Source: Pseudomonadota bacterium (GTDB lineage Bacteria > Pseudomonadota > Alphaproteobacteria > Rickettsiales > Midichloriaceae). From it: 64,000 nt of DNA. The stretch lies in NCBI GenBank assembly GCA_018242185.1, contig JAFECK010000005.1:42373-106372 (forward strand), read 5' to 3'. Made by a program: the position numbers and the translations under genes. The notes below the pieces were generated by a model that saw only the letters and a program-made list of their open reading frames with translations, was not told where the DNA came from and searched no databases. Below are positions 19,633 through 29,600 of the stretch, piece by piece; position 1 is the first letter of the stretch, and every line of letters begins with the position of its first letter.

Positions 19633-21225
19633 CTACACTAACCGTTCCACCGCCGTTTTAATGAGAGTGATAGTATTAGCCACCCCGTATAGCGCTATGA
19701 ACGAACCGAAACGCGGACCTTGTTCGGCGCCCAATAGAACTTGATAAAGAGCTTGGAACCACAACCGTTGCTCTATTTCATGATCTCTGGCAACAGCATA
19801 GACTATGCTTTGCAGTTCTTCTGCATGCTCAAAACTTTCAACTCGCTCCAATCGCGCCGCAAGGTCTAGCATGGCAATCTTCTCAGCATCAGTAGGATTG
19901 CGGTATTTTTTCTGTGGCTTGACAAAGTCCTGGTAGTAATTAACCGCGCTAGCTACCATTCGCGTTAGCATCGGACACTTCTCCATATTAGCCTTCTGGT
20001 CAAACTTTCTGATATAGCCCCAAATCAACTCACTATCATCAGAGTTACAAGCGTTCACCAAATTTAGTAGTAGTGCATAGTTGATCCCATCTACCTCTAG
20101 ATGCGGCACTTGACCTTTATGTATATGATGCACCGGATTGGCTAAGCGTGCACTCTCATCCTCACTGGCGTGGTATTTTGCCAGATGAGTAAGATATTCG
20201 TCCACGCATTTAGGTATAACATCAAAGTACAGCTTTTTCGCTTTTTGCGGCGACTGATACATAAATAACGCCAAACTTTCCTGTGGGGCATAGCGCAGCC
20301 ACTCATCAATAGTTATACCATTACCTTTAGATTTAGATATCTTCTCACCTTTCTCATCCAGAAATAACTCATAAAACATTTGATGTGGCGGCCTTCCACC
20401 TATAATGCTACAAATTCTGGAATATATAGGACCATTTACGAGATGGTCTTTGCCATACATCTCAAAGTCTACATCAAAAGCAGCCCAGCGCATGCCAAAG
20501 TCTGGTTTCCATTGCAACTTACAGTGGCCATCAATAATTGGAGCCCATATAAGTTCACTAGTGTCTTGATCTTTATACGCTATTTTTTTTGCATTAAGAT
20601 CGCGCTCGACTATAGGCACTTGCAATACTCGGCCGGTTTTCTTACATACCGGCAGAAATGGGCTATATGTAGCTTGACGTTCTGCTCCTAGAGTAGGCAA
20701 CATTACCTGCATTACTTCATCGTAATGCTCTAAAACCTTTACTAACATCTTGTTAAATATACCATTTTTATAGCATTCCGAGGCACTAAAAAATGTATAT
20801 TGAAAGCCAAATGTATCCAAGAATTTGCGCAGGCGAGCATTCATATTATGACCGAAACTCTCATGAGTACCAAAGGGGTCTGGAATTTTAGTTAGCGGTA
20901 AATCTAGGTATTGCTTATAATTTTGCGGGTTCGGAATGGTGTCAGGGATTTTGCGCATGCCATCCATGTCATCAGAAATACACCAGAGCTCAGTGGGGAT
21001 CTTACCTTCTGTCATGCTTATAAACGCGTGACGTACCATACTGGTGCGCGCAACTTCGCCAAACGTACCTATATGAGGCAGGCCGGAAGGGCCATAACCA
21101 GTTTCAAATAACACGAATCCCTTGTCTGGAATGCGATTATTAATTCTTTGGAGAATCTTTTCAGCCTCTTTAAAGGGCCAAGCGTTGCTTTTTAAATACT
21201 TCTCTATGTTATGCATCCAATCCAT
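19633..21225 (-). CDS. lysK: lysine--tRNA ligase, class I
   Basis: 530-aa ORF with the class I LysRS N-terminus (WPFKEAEKIL, ETGYGPSGLPHIGTFGEV) and KISKSKGNG (KMSKS). This is not the class II architecture. Confidence 0.92.
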   Translation of the reverse strand: MDWMHNIEKYLKSNAWPFKEAEKILQRINNRIPDKGFVLFETGYGPSGLPHIGTFGEVARTSMVRHAFISMTEGKIPTELWCISDDMDGMRKIPDTIPNPQNYKQYLDLPLTKIPDPFGTHESFGHNMNARLRKFLDTFGFQYTFFSASECYKNGIFNKMLVKVLEHYDEVMQVMLPTLGAERQATYSPFLPVCKKTGRVLQVPIVERDLNAKKIAYKDQDTSELIWAPIIDGHCKLQWKPDFGMRWAAFDVDFEMYGKDHLVNGPIYSRICSIIGGRPPHQMFYELFLDEKGEKISKSKGNGITIDEWLRYAPQESLALFMYQSPQKAKKLYFDVIPKCVDEYLTHLAKYHASEDESARLANPVHHIHKGQVPHLEVDGINYALLLNLVNACNSDDSELIWGYIRKFDQKANMEKCPMLTRMVASAVNYYQDFVKPQKKYRNPTDAEKIAMLDLAARLERVESFEHAEELQSIVYAVARDHEIEQRLWFQALYQVLLGAEQGPRFGSFIALYGVANTITLIKTAVERLV

Positions 21226-21237
21226 CTCACAGGCCTC

Positions 21238-22323
21238 CTAAATATCAGTCCAATGGTACTTCACCCGCAACTGTACGCCGCAGATCAAGTCATAAACCGA
21301 ATTGCCGGTGTGTGCAACAACCTCCTCTATTGGGAGCTCTTCACCCCACAGGGTGACGCTATCGCCTATTTGCGCATCTGGACAATGGCTTAAGTCTATA
21401 GTGCTCATATCCATAGAGATTCGGCCAACTATTTTACATCTACGACCATTTACTATAACCGGCGTATTATTAGCAGTATTGCGACTATAACCATCACCAT
21501 AACCAATAGCGATGACCCCTATGCGCATATCCGCTGGACATTGAAATCCTCCTCCATATCCAATGTATTCTCCTTTTTCTACATCTCTAATTGCGACTAT
21601 TCTAGTTTGTAGGGTCAATACCGGGCGTAAGCCTAAATCTAGGCCAGTTTTACCATTCAAGGGGGAAATACCATATAAAGAAATGCCGGGGCGTACCACC
21701 TCGTAATGTGTCTTTGGCATAAGTAAAATGGAAGCGGAATTAGCAAGACTTTTATATCCTCCTATACCAGCAGTAGCCTTATTAAAGCTGGCAATTTGCG
21801 TTTGAGTGAGCGGGTGCGCCGGATCTTCGGCCACCGCCAAGTGCGACATTATATGAATCGGATGCACTAGATTACGATTGTTCTTAAGCTGATGATAAGC
21901 CTGTTCAAATTCTTTCTGATTAAAACCTAGCCTATTCATCCCAGTATCCAGTTTAATCCAAGCATGCAACTTATTAGGTAGCTTGGAATGTTCTAGCCAC
22001 TGCAGCTGCGTGAAATTATGCAGCACTACTGGGAAGTTATGGCAGGATGCTAATAATAACTCATCTTGGTTAAACACACCTTCCATTAGAGTAATAGGTA
22101 TTTTAATCCCCGCCTGCCTTAATGCCAGCGCCTCATCTATCCTGGCAACACCAAGGCTCCATATATGAGGCTCTAAACGTTTAGCAGTGGAGCGCAAACC
22201 GTGACCATATGCATTAGCTTTAACCATGGCTAGTATGCGGCTGTTAGGCGCTTGTGCTTGCATGATTTTGACGTTATGTATCAGATTTTCTGTCGAAAGA
22301 ATAGCGATTGCGGAGCCAGTCAT
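21238..22323 (-). CDS. alr: alanine racemase
   Basis: 361-aa ORF with the PLP-lysine motif AMVKANAYGHG and the C-terminal beta domain (GRISMDM). Its stop lies 12 nt upstream of the lysK start, so co-transcription is likely. Confidence 0.92.
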   Translation of the reverse strand: MTGSAIAILSTENLIHNVKIMQAQAPNSRILAMVKANAYGHGLRSTAKRLEPHIWSLGVARIDEALALRQAGIKIPITLMEGVFNQDELLLASCHNFPVVLHNFTQLQWLEHSKLPNKLHAWIKLDTGMNRLGFNQKEFEQAYHQLKNNRNLVHPIHIMSHLAVAEDPAHPLTQTQIASFNKATAGIGGYKSLANSASILLMPKTHYEVVRPGISLYGISPLNGKTGLDLGLRPVLTLQTRIVAIRDVEKGEYIGYGGGFQCPADMRIGVIAIGYGDGYSRNTANNTPVIVNGRRCKIVGRISMDMSTIDLSHCPDAQIGDSVTLWGEELPIEEVVAHTGNSVYDLICGVQLRVKYHWTDI

Positions 22324-22736
22324 TATTATAACCTAACAATATGTAGTAATTTGCCTGATACTACCCCCTTCACGCCCTCATTGCAACAACATACCGCGCT
22401 AAATAAAAAAACGGCTTAATGTCGTATGAATATTTTAATATCACCTACTAGTATTATAATGGATGCATTATGTAAAAAATATGTGTATAAATATGATTTT
22501 AATTATTGTGAGACGTTGCTGCAATACTACAGCATAGGGTTTGCAGCCTGTTGCCACTCTTATATAAAGTCAACATTTTTATTTACTCTCTAAACTAAAA
22601 AAGACCCTTTACGAATCAATTTATATCGGGAGAATAGTACCTATTGGCTAAACATTGTGCACTCACATTTCAGTGCATTTTCATAACTCCAAGAGGGGAA
22701 GCCTAATTCAAAGTTTGATTTATGGGAAGATAGACC

Positions 22737-23159
22737 ATGCATGGTTCTGTGATTAATGAAATAATGCCAAAAGCAGCTTGGGAAATGCTGCAAAATGAGC
22801 ATGATGCTTACCTGATTGATGTCCGCACCCAAGAGGAATGGCAGTTTGTTGGCATCCCTGATTTGTCCTCCCTTAACCGTGAAACAGTCTTCTTGTCTTG
22901 GCGCTTGTATCCTACAATGCGTATTAACGATGATTTCGCTATACTATTAGAGGAGCGTTTACCAGATCACCATGCTCATCTTCTGTTTATATGTAAAAGC
23001 GGCGCAAGGTCTACAGAAGCCGCTATTATGATGCTGCAACATGGTTATAAGTCTTGTTATAATGTCACTGGAGGATTTGAGGGAGATATGGATAAAAACA
23101 GCCATCGTGGCATAATCAACGGCTGGAAAGCAGCTGGACTTCCCTGGAGGCAAAGTTAA
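22737..23159 (+). CDS. rhodanese-like domain protein
   Basis: 140-aa ORF with LIDVRTQEEW and the active-site loop CKSGARS, plus GGFEG near the C-terminus. Confidence 0.8.
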   Translation: MHGSVINEIMPKAAWEMLQNEHDAYLIDVRTQEEWQFVGIPDLSSLNRETVFLSWRLYPTMRINDDFAILLEERLPDHHAHLLFICKSGARSTEAAIMMLQHGYKSCYNVTGGFEGDMDKNSHRGIINGWKAAGLPWRQS

Positions 23160-24565
23160 TGCTGCATTTACTAAATAGTGTGGAAGAAGCCTCTTCGGCT
23201 AAAGATGAGCTAACTTGGAAGAAAGTGATTGATAGGATGAAGGAAGAGCATGGTGAGGCAGCCTTTAATTCCTGGTTTAGGCACATGCGTCTTACAGGGC
23301 GTAAGGATGGCACCTTATACGTAGTAGTGCCAAGTAGATTTATTAGGGAGTGGGTCATCACTAACTATTACTCCAAAGTTAGACAAGCCCTAATGGAAGA
23401 AGATGAAACTATCAAGATTTTTGACCTGAGAGTGCAAGCACCTTCTGCAAACGAGCAGGACACAGCCACTTCTGATGGTAAAGAGACAGCAGTGGGATTA
23501 GCTAATGCCCACAACGATAACGAGCTAGGCATACAAATAAATCATATCCTGGATTCGCGCTTTACTTTTGATACCTTCGTTACCAGCGAAAGTAACATGC
23601 TTGCATATGCGGCTGCCTATAACTTAGCACAGGGTAAGAGTGATTTGTCTGCTGCCAATTCTCTTTATATACATGGTACAGTGGGTATGGGTAAAACCCA
23701 CTTGATGCAGGCCATCTCCCACTATATAGCCTGCCATTATCCTAATAAACAAGTTCTATACTTAAGCGCAGAACGATTCATGCACCAATACGTGGTAGCA
23801 GTCAAGCACTCTAAAGTGGTGGCTTTCAGGGATAGACTGCGTGCCATGGATATACTTTTGGTGGATGACATACAGTTTCTATGCGGCAAAGCTGCGATTC
23901 AGCAGGAATTTGCCAAAACCCTTAATGCTTTTATTGAAGCGGGCAAAACTGTAGTAGTTGCTGCTGATCGATCACCTTATGAACTGGATATAGACCAACG
24001 CACTAAGTCTAGGCTTTGTGGCGGTATGGTGGTAGGTATTAGCTTGCCGGATTTGGAAATGCGTATGAAAATTATCCAGAGCAAAGTCAGCTTGATTCGC
24101 AAACAGATTGCCGATGATGTGCTAGAGTTTATCGCCACTAATGTTACGTCTTCAGTGCGCGAGTTGGAAGCATCTCTTCATAAGATAGTCGCATATGCTG
24201 AGATTTCTTCGTCCATGATCAGTGTAGGGCTAGCAAAAACAGTACTCAAGGATTGCCTCAATGCGCATGAATGCATAGCCACGCCTGATAAGATATTGGA
24301 AGCGGTGGCCGAGTTTTACGGCATCAGCAGGTCTGATCTTTGCTCAAAAGGCAGGGCTAGCAACCTAGTCAAAGCGCGACAAGTGGCAGCTCTACTATGC
24401 AAGAAGTTGACAGACCTTAGTCTCCATGCGATCGGCGTGACGCTTGGAAATCGCGATCATGCTACAATTATTTATTCAATTAAGACTATAGAAAAACACC
24501 TGCTGTCTGATGGTAAACTCGCTGAGGACGTGGGAAAAATCAATGCTATGATTAGCAGGATATAG
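23159..24565 (+). CDS. dnaA: chromosomal replication initiator protein DnaA
   Basis: 468-aa ORF with Walker A GTVGMGKTHL, Walker B LLVDDIQF, sensor/box VII motifs and C-terminal domain IV (ARQVAALLCKKLT, IGVTLGNRDHATIIYS). Confidence 0.94.
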   Translation: MLHLLNSVEEASSAKDELTWKKVIDRMKEEHGEAAFNSWFRHMRLTGRKDGTLYVVVPSRFIREWVITNYYSKVRQALMEEDETIKIFDLRVQAPSANEQDTATSDGKETAVGLANAHNDNELGIQINHILDSRFTFDTFVTSESNMLAYAAAYNLAQGKSDLSAANSLYIHGTVGMGKTHLMQAISHYIACHYPNKQVLYLSAERFMHQYVVAVKHSKVVAFRDRLRAMDILLVDDIQFLCGKAAIQQEFAKTLNAFIEAGKTVVVAADRSPYELDIDQRTKSRLCGGMVVGISLPDLEMRMKIIQSKVSLIRKQIADDVLEFIATNVTSSVRELEASLHKIVAYAEISSSMISVGLAKTVLKDCLNAHECIATPDKILEAVAEFYGISRSDLCSKGRASNLVKARQVAALLCKKLTDLSLHAIGVTLGNRDHATIIYSIKTIEKHLLSDGKLAEDVGKINAMISRI

Positions 24566-24593
24566 TTTTCTTCGCTTTCCAGTCCGATATAAT

Positions 24594-24622
24594 TTGCCTA
24601 ATACGCATATTGGTGATATAAT
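24594..24622 (+). promoter_or_regulatory. candidate sigma70 promoter (TTGCCT-17-TATAAT with TGn extended -10)
   Basis: -35 ttgcct at 24594-24599, a 17-bp spacer ending in tga, and -10 tataat at 24617-24622. It lies 30 nt upstream of the ORF at 24653. Confidence 0.4.
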
Positions 24623-24652
24623 GCGCACCATGAATAATAAAAGCGAGGCGTT

Positions 24653-25159
24653 ATGCGTAAGGTTTATTTTGCAGGTGCGTACATAAGTGGGGGTGTTGTA
24701 TTTTCACTGTTTGGATGTAACATGACGCTTTCTTCGATCTTGGCTGGCAACTTGACTTCTGAGCAAACAATGCAGCTTAAGCAGCTATCTTGGGGGCAAT
24801 CCTATTATGATGTGCTAGACGCAGTCACGCCAACGTCCGCCTCTTCTCTAGAACCAACAGTTGTTGGATTGGCAGCCACTACCGCTGTACTCGCGGTGTT
24901 ATCTTTGAGTGCTTTAGCGTATGGAAGCTATAATAAAAATAATTTACTTAGAACAGCCGGAATTCTTGGAATAGGAATAACGGCAGCGTTTTCTTCTGCA
25001 GCTGCTTCTGCTTTCCAATATGAGTCTTTGTTTGCAAACCATACCTTGCAACAGGTCATAGAAAGCGCCATGATAGCGACAGTTGTGTTGATAGCGTTCT
25101 CTATAGCATGTTATATGTGTGCATGGAGATCAGAAATTCAGCAAGAAGCCAACCCGTAG
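24653..25159 (+). CDS. small 4-TM membrane protein, family member 3
   Basis: 168-aa ORF with the same layout as 9694-10789 (TPTSASSLEPTVVGLAATTA, AASAFQYESLFANHTL). Its 3' end overlaps the 3' end of the porin gene by 30 nt. Confidence 0.55.
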   Translation: MRKVYFAGAYISGGVVFSLFGCNMTLSSILAGNLTSEQTMQLKQLSWGQSYYDVLDAVTPTSASSLEPTVVGLAATTAVLAVLSLSALAYGSYNKNNLLRTAGILGIGITAAFSSAAASAFQYESLFANHTLQQVIESAMIATVVLIAFSIACYMCAWRSEIQQEANP

Positions 25160-26395
25160 CACAGTACCTCGGTTACCAGGCTCATGCACTTCTACCTCCT
25201 TTAAGCTGAAATGCACTGCATCGGCGTATAGTTTAATCCCATCTGCCATCCTCCAATCAGCACCTAGTGATACTGTATGAGCCCTAGATTTCCATTCAAA
25301 GGTATACTCAAAAATATCGAATACAGTATGCGCTACTGCATAAGCAGCGCTAATACCAATAGGTCCCCGCTGATATGCAACACCAACAGTCCAGTATTTA
25401 CTATTATTTCCAGTCGGGGTAAAAACGGCTGAAGTACCGGTCTTGCCTAAATTGCCATAAGCGGAAGCTATAGTCCATCTTCTCCACCCTACAGCCATCC
25501 CCGCTTCCCATGCTCGCATCCTACGGAATTTGTCAAGGGCAGTGTCGAACTTGGGATTACCTATCTCACCTACTAAGCCAACTTTGAAGCTGAAAGGCCT
25601 GTATTCCCCGGCATACTGAATTCCGCCTTCAAATATATCACGATATTTACCGCCAGAAGCTCCAGTCATTCCGTCAGTGGCGTTATATTTAAATACGTTG
25701 TGCATGGCATAGCTCACCGTGCCAAACGATTCGATATCAGGGGTATAGCTAATACCAGCCTGGAAGCCATAATAGCGTGGTGTGTAATAAGTAATCTTTG
25801 AAGCGTTCACGCTTTTTATCCCTAACAGCGCTATATTATTAGTGTAAAGCTGGGGTAGCAGCAAAAACTCAAAAGCTATGTTAGATTCGTTCACACCATC
25901 CATTGGATTAACCCATTTCCACCAGTCACTATCGATACCACCACCATCAATACCACTATGGCCTCTGGAGATTTGTGTAGGGCTCACATGCAATGCATGC
26001 GATGCACCGGTATAGCTACCAGCTTCCACACGGCCAAAATTTCCTTCAAAATACACCATGGTTTGCTGCGCGTCAAAGAAGTCATCATAGTGATCATCTG
26101 AGGTGTCGGCATTAAGCGCTATCAGACCGCCGTATTTAAGGCCGCATCCACAACTATCCCTGATGCCATCAGCACGCAGGATCAGCTTTGTCTCGCTAGC
26201 AATCGCATTATTGCGCCGTCTCTCAGAAGAAATGTTGGTGGGGTTTGTATGACGAAAGATATTGGCTTCTGAAACGTAACCCCAATATGCATCTTGGTAC
26301 CCGCCAAAAGTAATAGTAGGCACGCTATCTGCAATAGCAGCACTGACAGTGCCAAATGCGGTGAACGCGGCAAGTATAGAGCTTATCTTTTTCAT
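25130..26395 (-). CDS. outer-membrane porin, paralog 2
   Basis: 421-aa ORF with a signal peptide (MKKISSILAAFTAFGTVSAA), YGGLIALNADTS, FGRVEAGSYTGA and a terminal Phe (GFLLNF). Confidence 0.75.
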   Translation of the reverse strand: MKKISSILAAFTAFGTVSAAIADSVPTITFGGYQDAYWGYVSEANIFRHTNPTNISSERRRNNAIASETKLILRADGIRDSCGCGLKYGGLIALNADTSDDHYDDFFDAQQTMVYFEGNFGRVEAGSYTGASHALHVSPTQISRGHSGIDGGGIDSDWWKWVNPMDGVNESNIAFEFLLLPQLYTNNIALLGIKSVNASKITYYTPRYYGFQAGISYTPDIESFGTVSYAMHNVFKYNATDGMTGASGGKYRDIFEGGIQYAGEYRPFSFKVGLVGEIGNPKFDTALDKFRRMRAWEAGMAVGWRRWTIASAYGNLGKTGTSAVFTPTGNNSKYWTVGVAYQRGPIGISAAYAVAHTVFDIFEYTFEWKSRAHTVSLGADWRMADGIKLYADAVHFSLKEVEVHEPGNRGTVLRVGFLLNF

Positions 26396-26655
26396 CTTCT
26401 ACCTTTGTTTGAGTCGGCGAGACTGGGTTTGCAACATTGAACAGCCTCCTTGCGCTTAAGGTAAAGGGTACAGAATTATTGTCAATATATTAAGTTTGAG
26501 TTGCGTATAGCAAATGATAACTTTGCTATTGGGTAACCTTGGAAGAATTGGAGTAATTTTCTTGCCCTTCACTAATAACAGCAGAAGTGACCAGCTGTGC
26601 AATCACGTAGTATTGTGGTATATGCAATGCTTATGGACAAAGATCCGTATAAAAT

Positions 26656-29600
26656 TTACACCTTATCTATAAGGCTCACATATTCCCCGCTGGAGCTGGC
26701 GCTGATATCTATCCGTTTGTTTATCGCTTCATTTAGAAATGAGTATTCTATGGTCGAGAGTATACCGCTTAACAAGTGCGTAGTGAGCATGATGGCTAGA
26801 GTTATCTCTGGCGAGGAAAGTATAGTACTGCTTACATACTTGGGCAATAAAGTCTCAGCTGCGTATTGCAGTAAATACTGCTGAGCTACGTAAGCAAAGC
26901 CAGAGACTGCACCTGCTGCCATACCCGAAAGTAAGGTAGTATACTCGCCCTCAAATTCTCGCAACGCGACCTGCTTATCATCCTGGCTAGAAGTCTGCAT
27001 TATGCCACCAAATACCGCGCCTAGAACCATACCTATGCTCATGTAGACCAGTAAAGTTTGATAATTAAACGCACCGAGCACATTTTGCGATAGTAGGGAA
27101 GGAAGAGAGAAAGCCGTACTCTCTGCAATACCTGCTTGCACCAACACATCGGTAATAAATGATGGCACAAACAACATGGTAGAGCTCATGCACAGCATAA
27201 AGAAGACCCGATTACCTGCTATAGCAGCACGGGTCTTCTTATCCTCAGAGTCAGTAAATACGGCGGCTATGCCTATAAAGATAGCGTTACCAAGCAGATC
27301 AGTAAATTGATATGGCGCTGTAAGTACTCGAAAAAACAGATTACTCTGCTTTGTAGCAGTATCTTCATAAGCCACTCTCACATTAGCCTCACGAGCCTTC
27401 AGATACTTGGCTAGGCGCACCTCTACATTCGTGTCAAGCTGAGATTTTATATTCTGAGGTAAGTCTTCTATCGCTTGCGTAACCAATCGCTTCCATTCTC
27501 CAGCAGCATATTCCGCAGCCATTTCTCGATCCGCAGCAGTATCGGCCTGGAAATAACGCGCAAGCTGATCCTGTAAGACCCTGTTCACAAATGATAATAG
27601 CTTGAGCGGTGACTCATAATCTGCAGGTTGCGATCCCTTTTGTTGCAAGCTTTTTTCTTTTATATCACTAAGTCTGTTTAAGAGATGAAATGTCTCAAAT
27701 TGGAGATATTGCCAAATCTGATCTGCTAGCCTTGATTTATCTCTAGATAGACGGCTTTTTATAGAATTACGTGCCCCCAATTCTCTAACGTCTTCTACTT
27801 TAACAAGCTTAGGACGGTAGTGCTTGACCTGACCAGGAGCTTTCTGTGCCTCATACTTATTAAGCGCATCTGCTATTTCTGTATTAATCAAGATAAAGCC
27901 AGCGCGGCCTTCTTCAAAACGACCATGCGTCCTGCCGGCACCTTGTACAGCTCCACTCTTAGTAATACGCTTGGCGCTAAGCATTATAGTGGTAACACGG
28001 GTGGTGATTGGGTTGCGGTTAGAGTCTAGCAATGGTTTGTTATCAGCACCTAATACTAATGCCGGCTTGCTATCAGTACCGCGGGCCATTGTGCCTTCTG
28101 TACCTATGGTAATAACGCCCAACTGTGACATCTGCTTGACCACCTTTGCGTGTAGATCTTTTTGCTTGTCCCTAGATTTGCGGCGCCCTAGCGCCTCTCG
28201 TGCGTTTTTATAATTCTTATCATCATAAGAGAGCAGCTGCCCATTCTCATCGAGATCTTTCACCATACCCTTAGTGTAAGTTTGTATCGCTGGGAATAAT
28301 TTTTTTAAGGCAGGATTGTCATCTATCCTAGTTTTCAGAGCATTGTACAGATCCTTGACCTGTTTTTCCGTCTCACATATCAGGTTCAAGGGCTCCCCTC
28401 GACCTGTATAGTTCAAAGGCTGCTGATTAATCTGCATAGCAGTCTGAATGAGTGTATCTATTTGTTCTTCTACATTATTGACTAGCAATATGTGGTTATT
28501 TTTGCGGTATGCTGGGGCTTTTTGATGTGCCGGCACCTCAAGGTTTTCAAACAATCCTTTAACCCGCCATTCCTCATGAGTTGGATACTTGATTAGCGTA
28601 TATTTCTGATGCGCTATAAACTCCTGCTCATCGTATTCATTGCCCATGGTGGCGCTGTAGCCTTCACAAGTCTCAAAACCAAAATCTTCTAACGCAGCGA
28701 TATCGGGTATACTAGCCACTCCAAGCAGCTCTTCCTGTGCTGAACTCTTAGCTATGGTATTGCTCAAAGGCTCAATAACAAAGTGACGCCTCTGACCCTC
28801 AGGCTTATCTCGCTCTGCTTCATTAGCCCATAGATGCCAGAATTGCTGCATTCCTCGATCGTAAATAATGCTACGATTAGACTTATTAAAAGTGCCATTA
28901 ACAATAGCAACTTTGCGGTATTGCGTCACTATTGTTGGACTATGTCCCATATCATTCCAGTCATATTCTGGCACGTCGTAGTAGTCTACCCCTGCCTCCC
29001 ACCTGTTCATAACGTGCTTAGAATCGATCGCTGCCTCCACTAGTGAGTGGATAGCTTCCCGATCTAACTTGCCAGCAGCAGCTATCTTGAGCTCTTGTCT
29101 AGAATCCGCTTCATCCGTGGTGCACAGCATTGCCTTAGCTTCTCTAACAAGAGTCAAGTCGTCCTCAAGGCTATCCTTAATCTTTGGGTCGTTAGTCGCG
29201 CGTACGCTGGTATATAATGCTGCAATTTTGCGGTCTAGGAAAAGGAGTAGGTTATGGTGGTTTTGCTTGGCAGGAAAGCTTCTCTGTGGTTGCTCTTTAT
29301 ATGGAGCATATAAAAGCTGCATGCTGTGTGCATCGCTTTGCTCCCTCTCCACCATCTCAACAATGAGGTATAGCAACCTCTCCCACGCTGCGGTGCTCTT
29401 AGTAGAAACTTCACGTTTTGCTAGACGCTGTTTTACTGGTGAATGCGCATCTCTATCTATCTCATCCACCTTTAGCCTAATACGCATAGGTTTGCCATCA
29501 TATGCAAACCTTTCGCCTTTAGCTTTTTGATTTAGGCGCCACGTAATGACATCTGAGAGTGTACCATAGTGGATGTCATAATGTCGAAATTCTTCCATAG

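Noticed and set aside
22324-22736. The AT-rich 413-bp intergenic region upstream of rhodanese and dnaA as a possible oriC.
   Set aside because: I found no cluster of DnaA boxes. There is only one 8/9 match to TGTGGATAA (tgtgtataa, around 22482). In alphaproteobacteria oriC is usually not next to dnaA. There is no clear strand switch of gene orientation here.
26597-26884. Antisense ORFs at the 3' ends of both giant genes (26597-26884 and 36910-37167) that resemble each other (FIASFRNEYSMVESIPL / FIVSFRNEYSIVDNIPL).
   Set aside because: The similarity is a by-product of sense-strand conservation of the giants' C-terminal TM block (STIEYSFLNE). There are no independent start or RBS signals.
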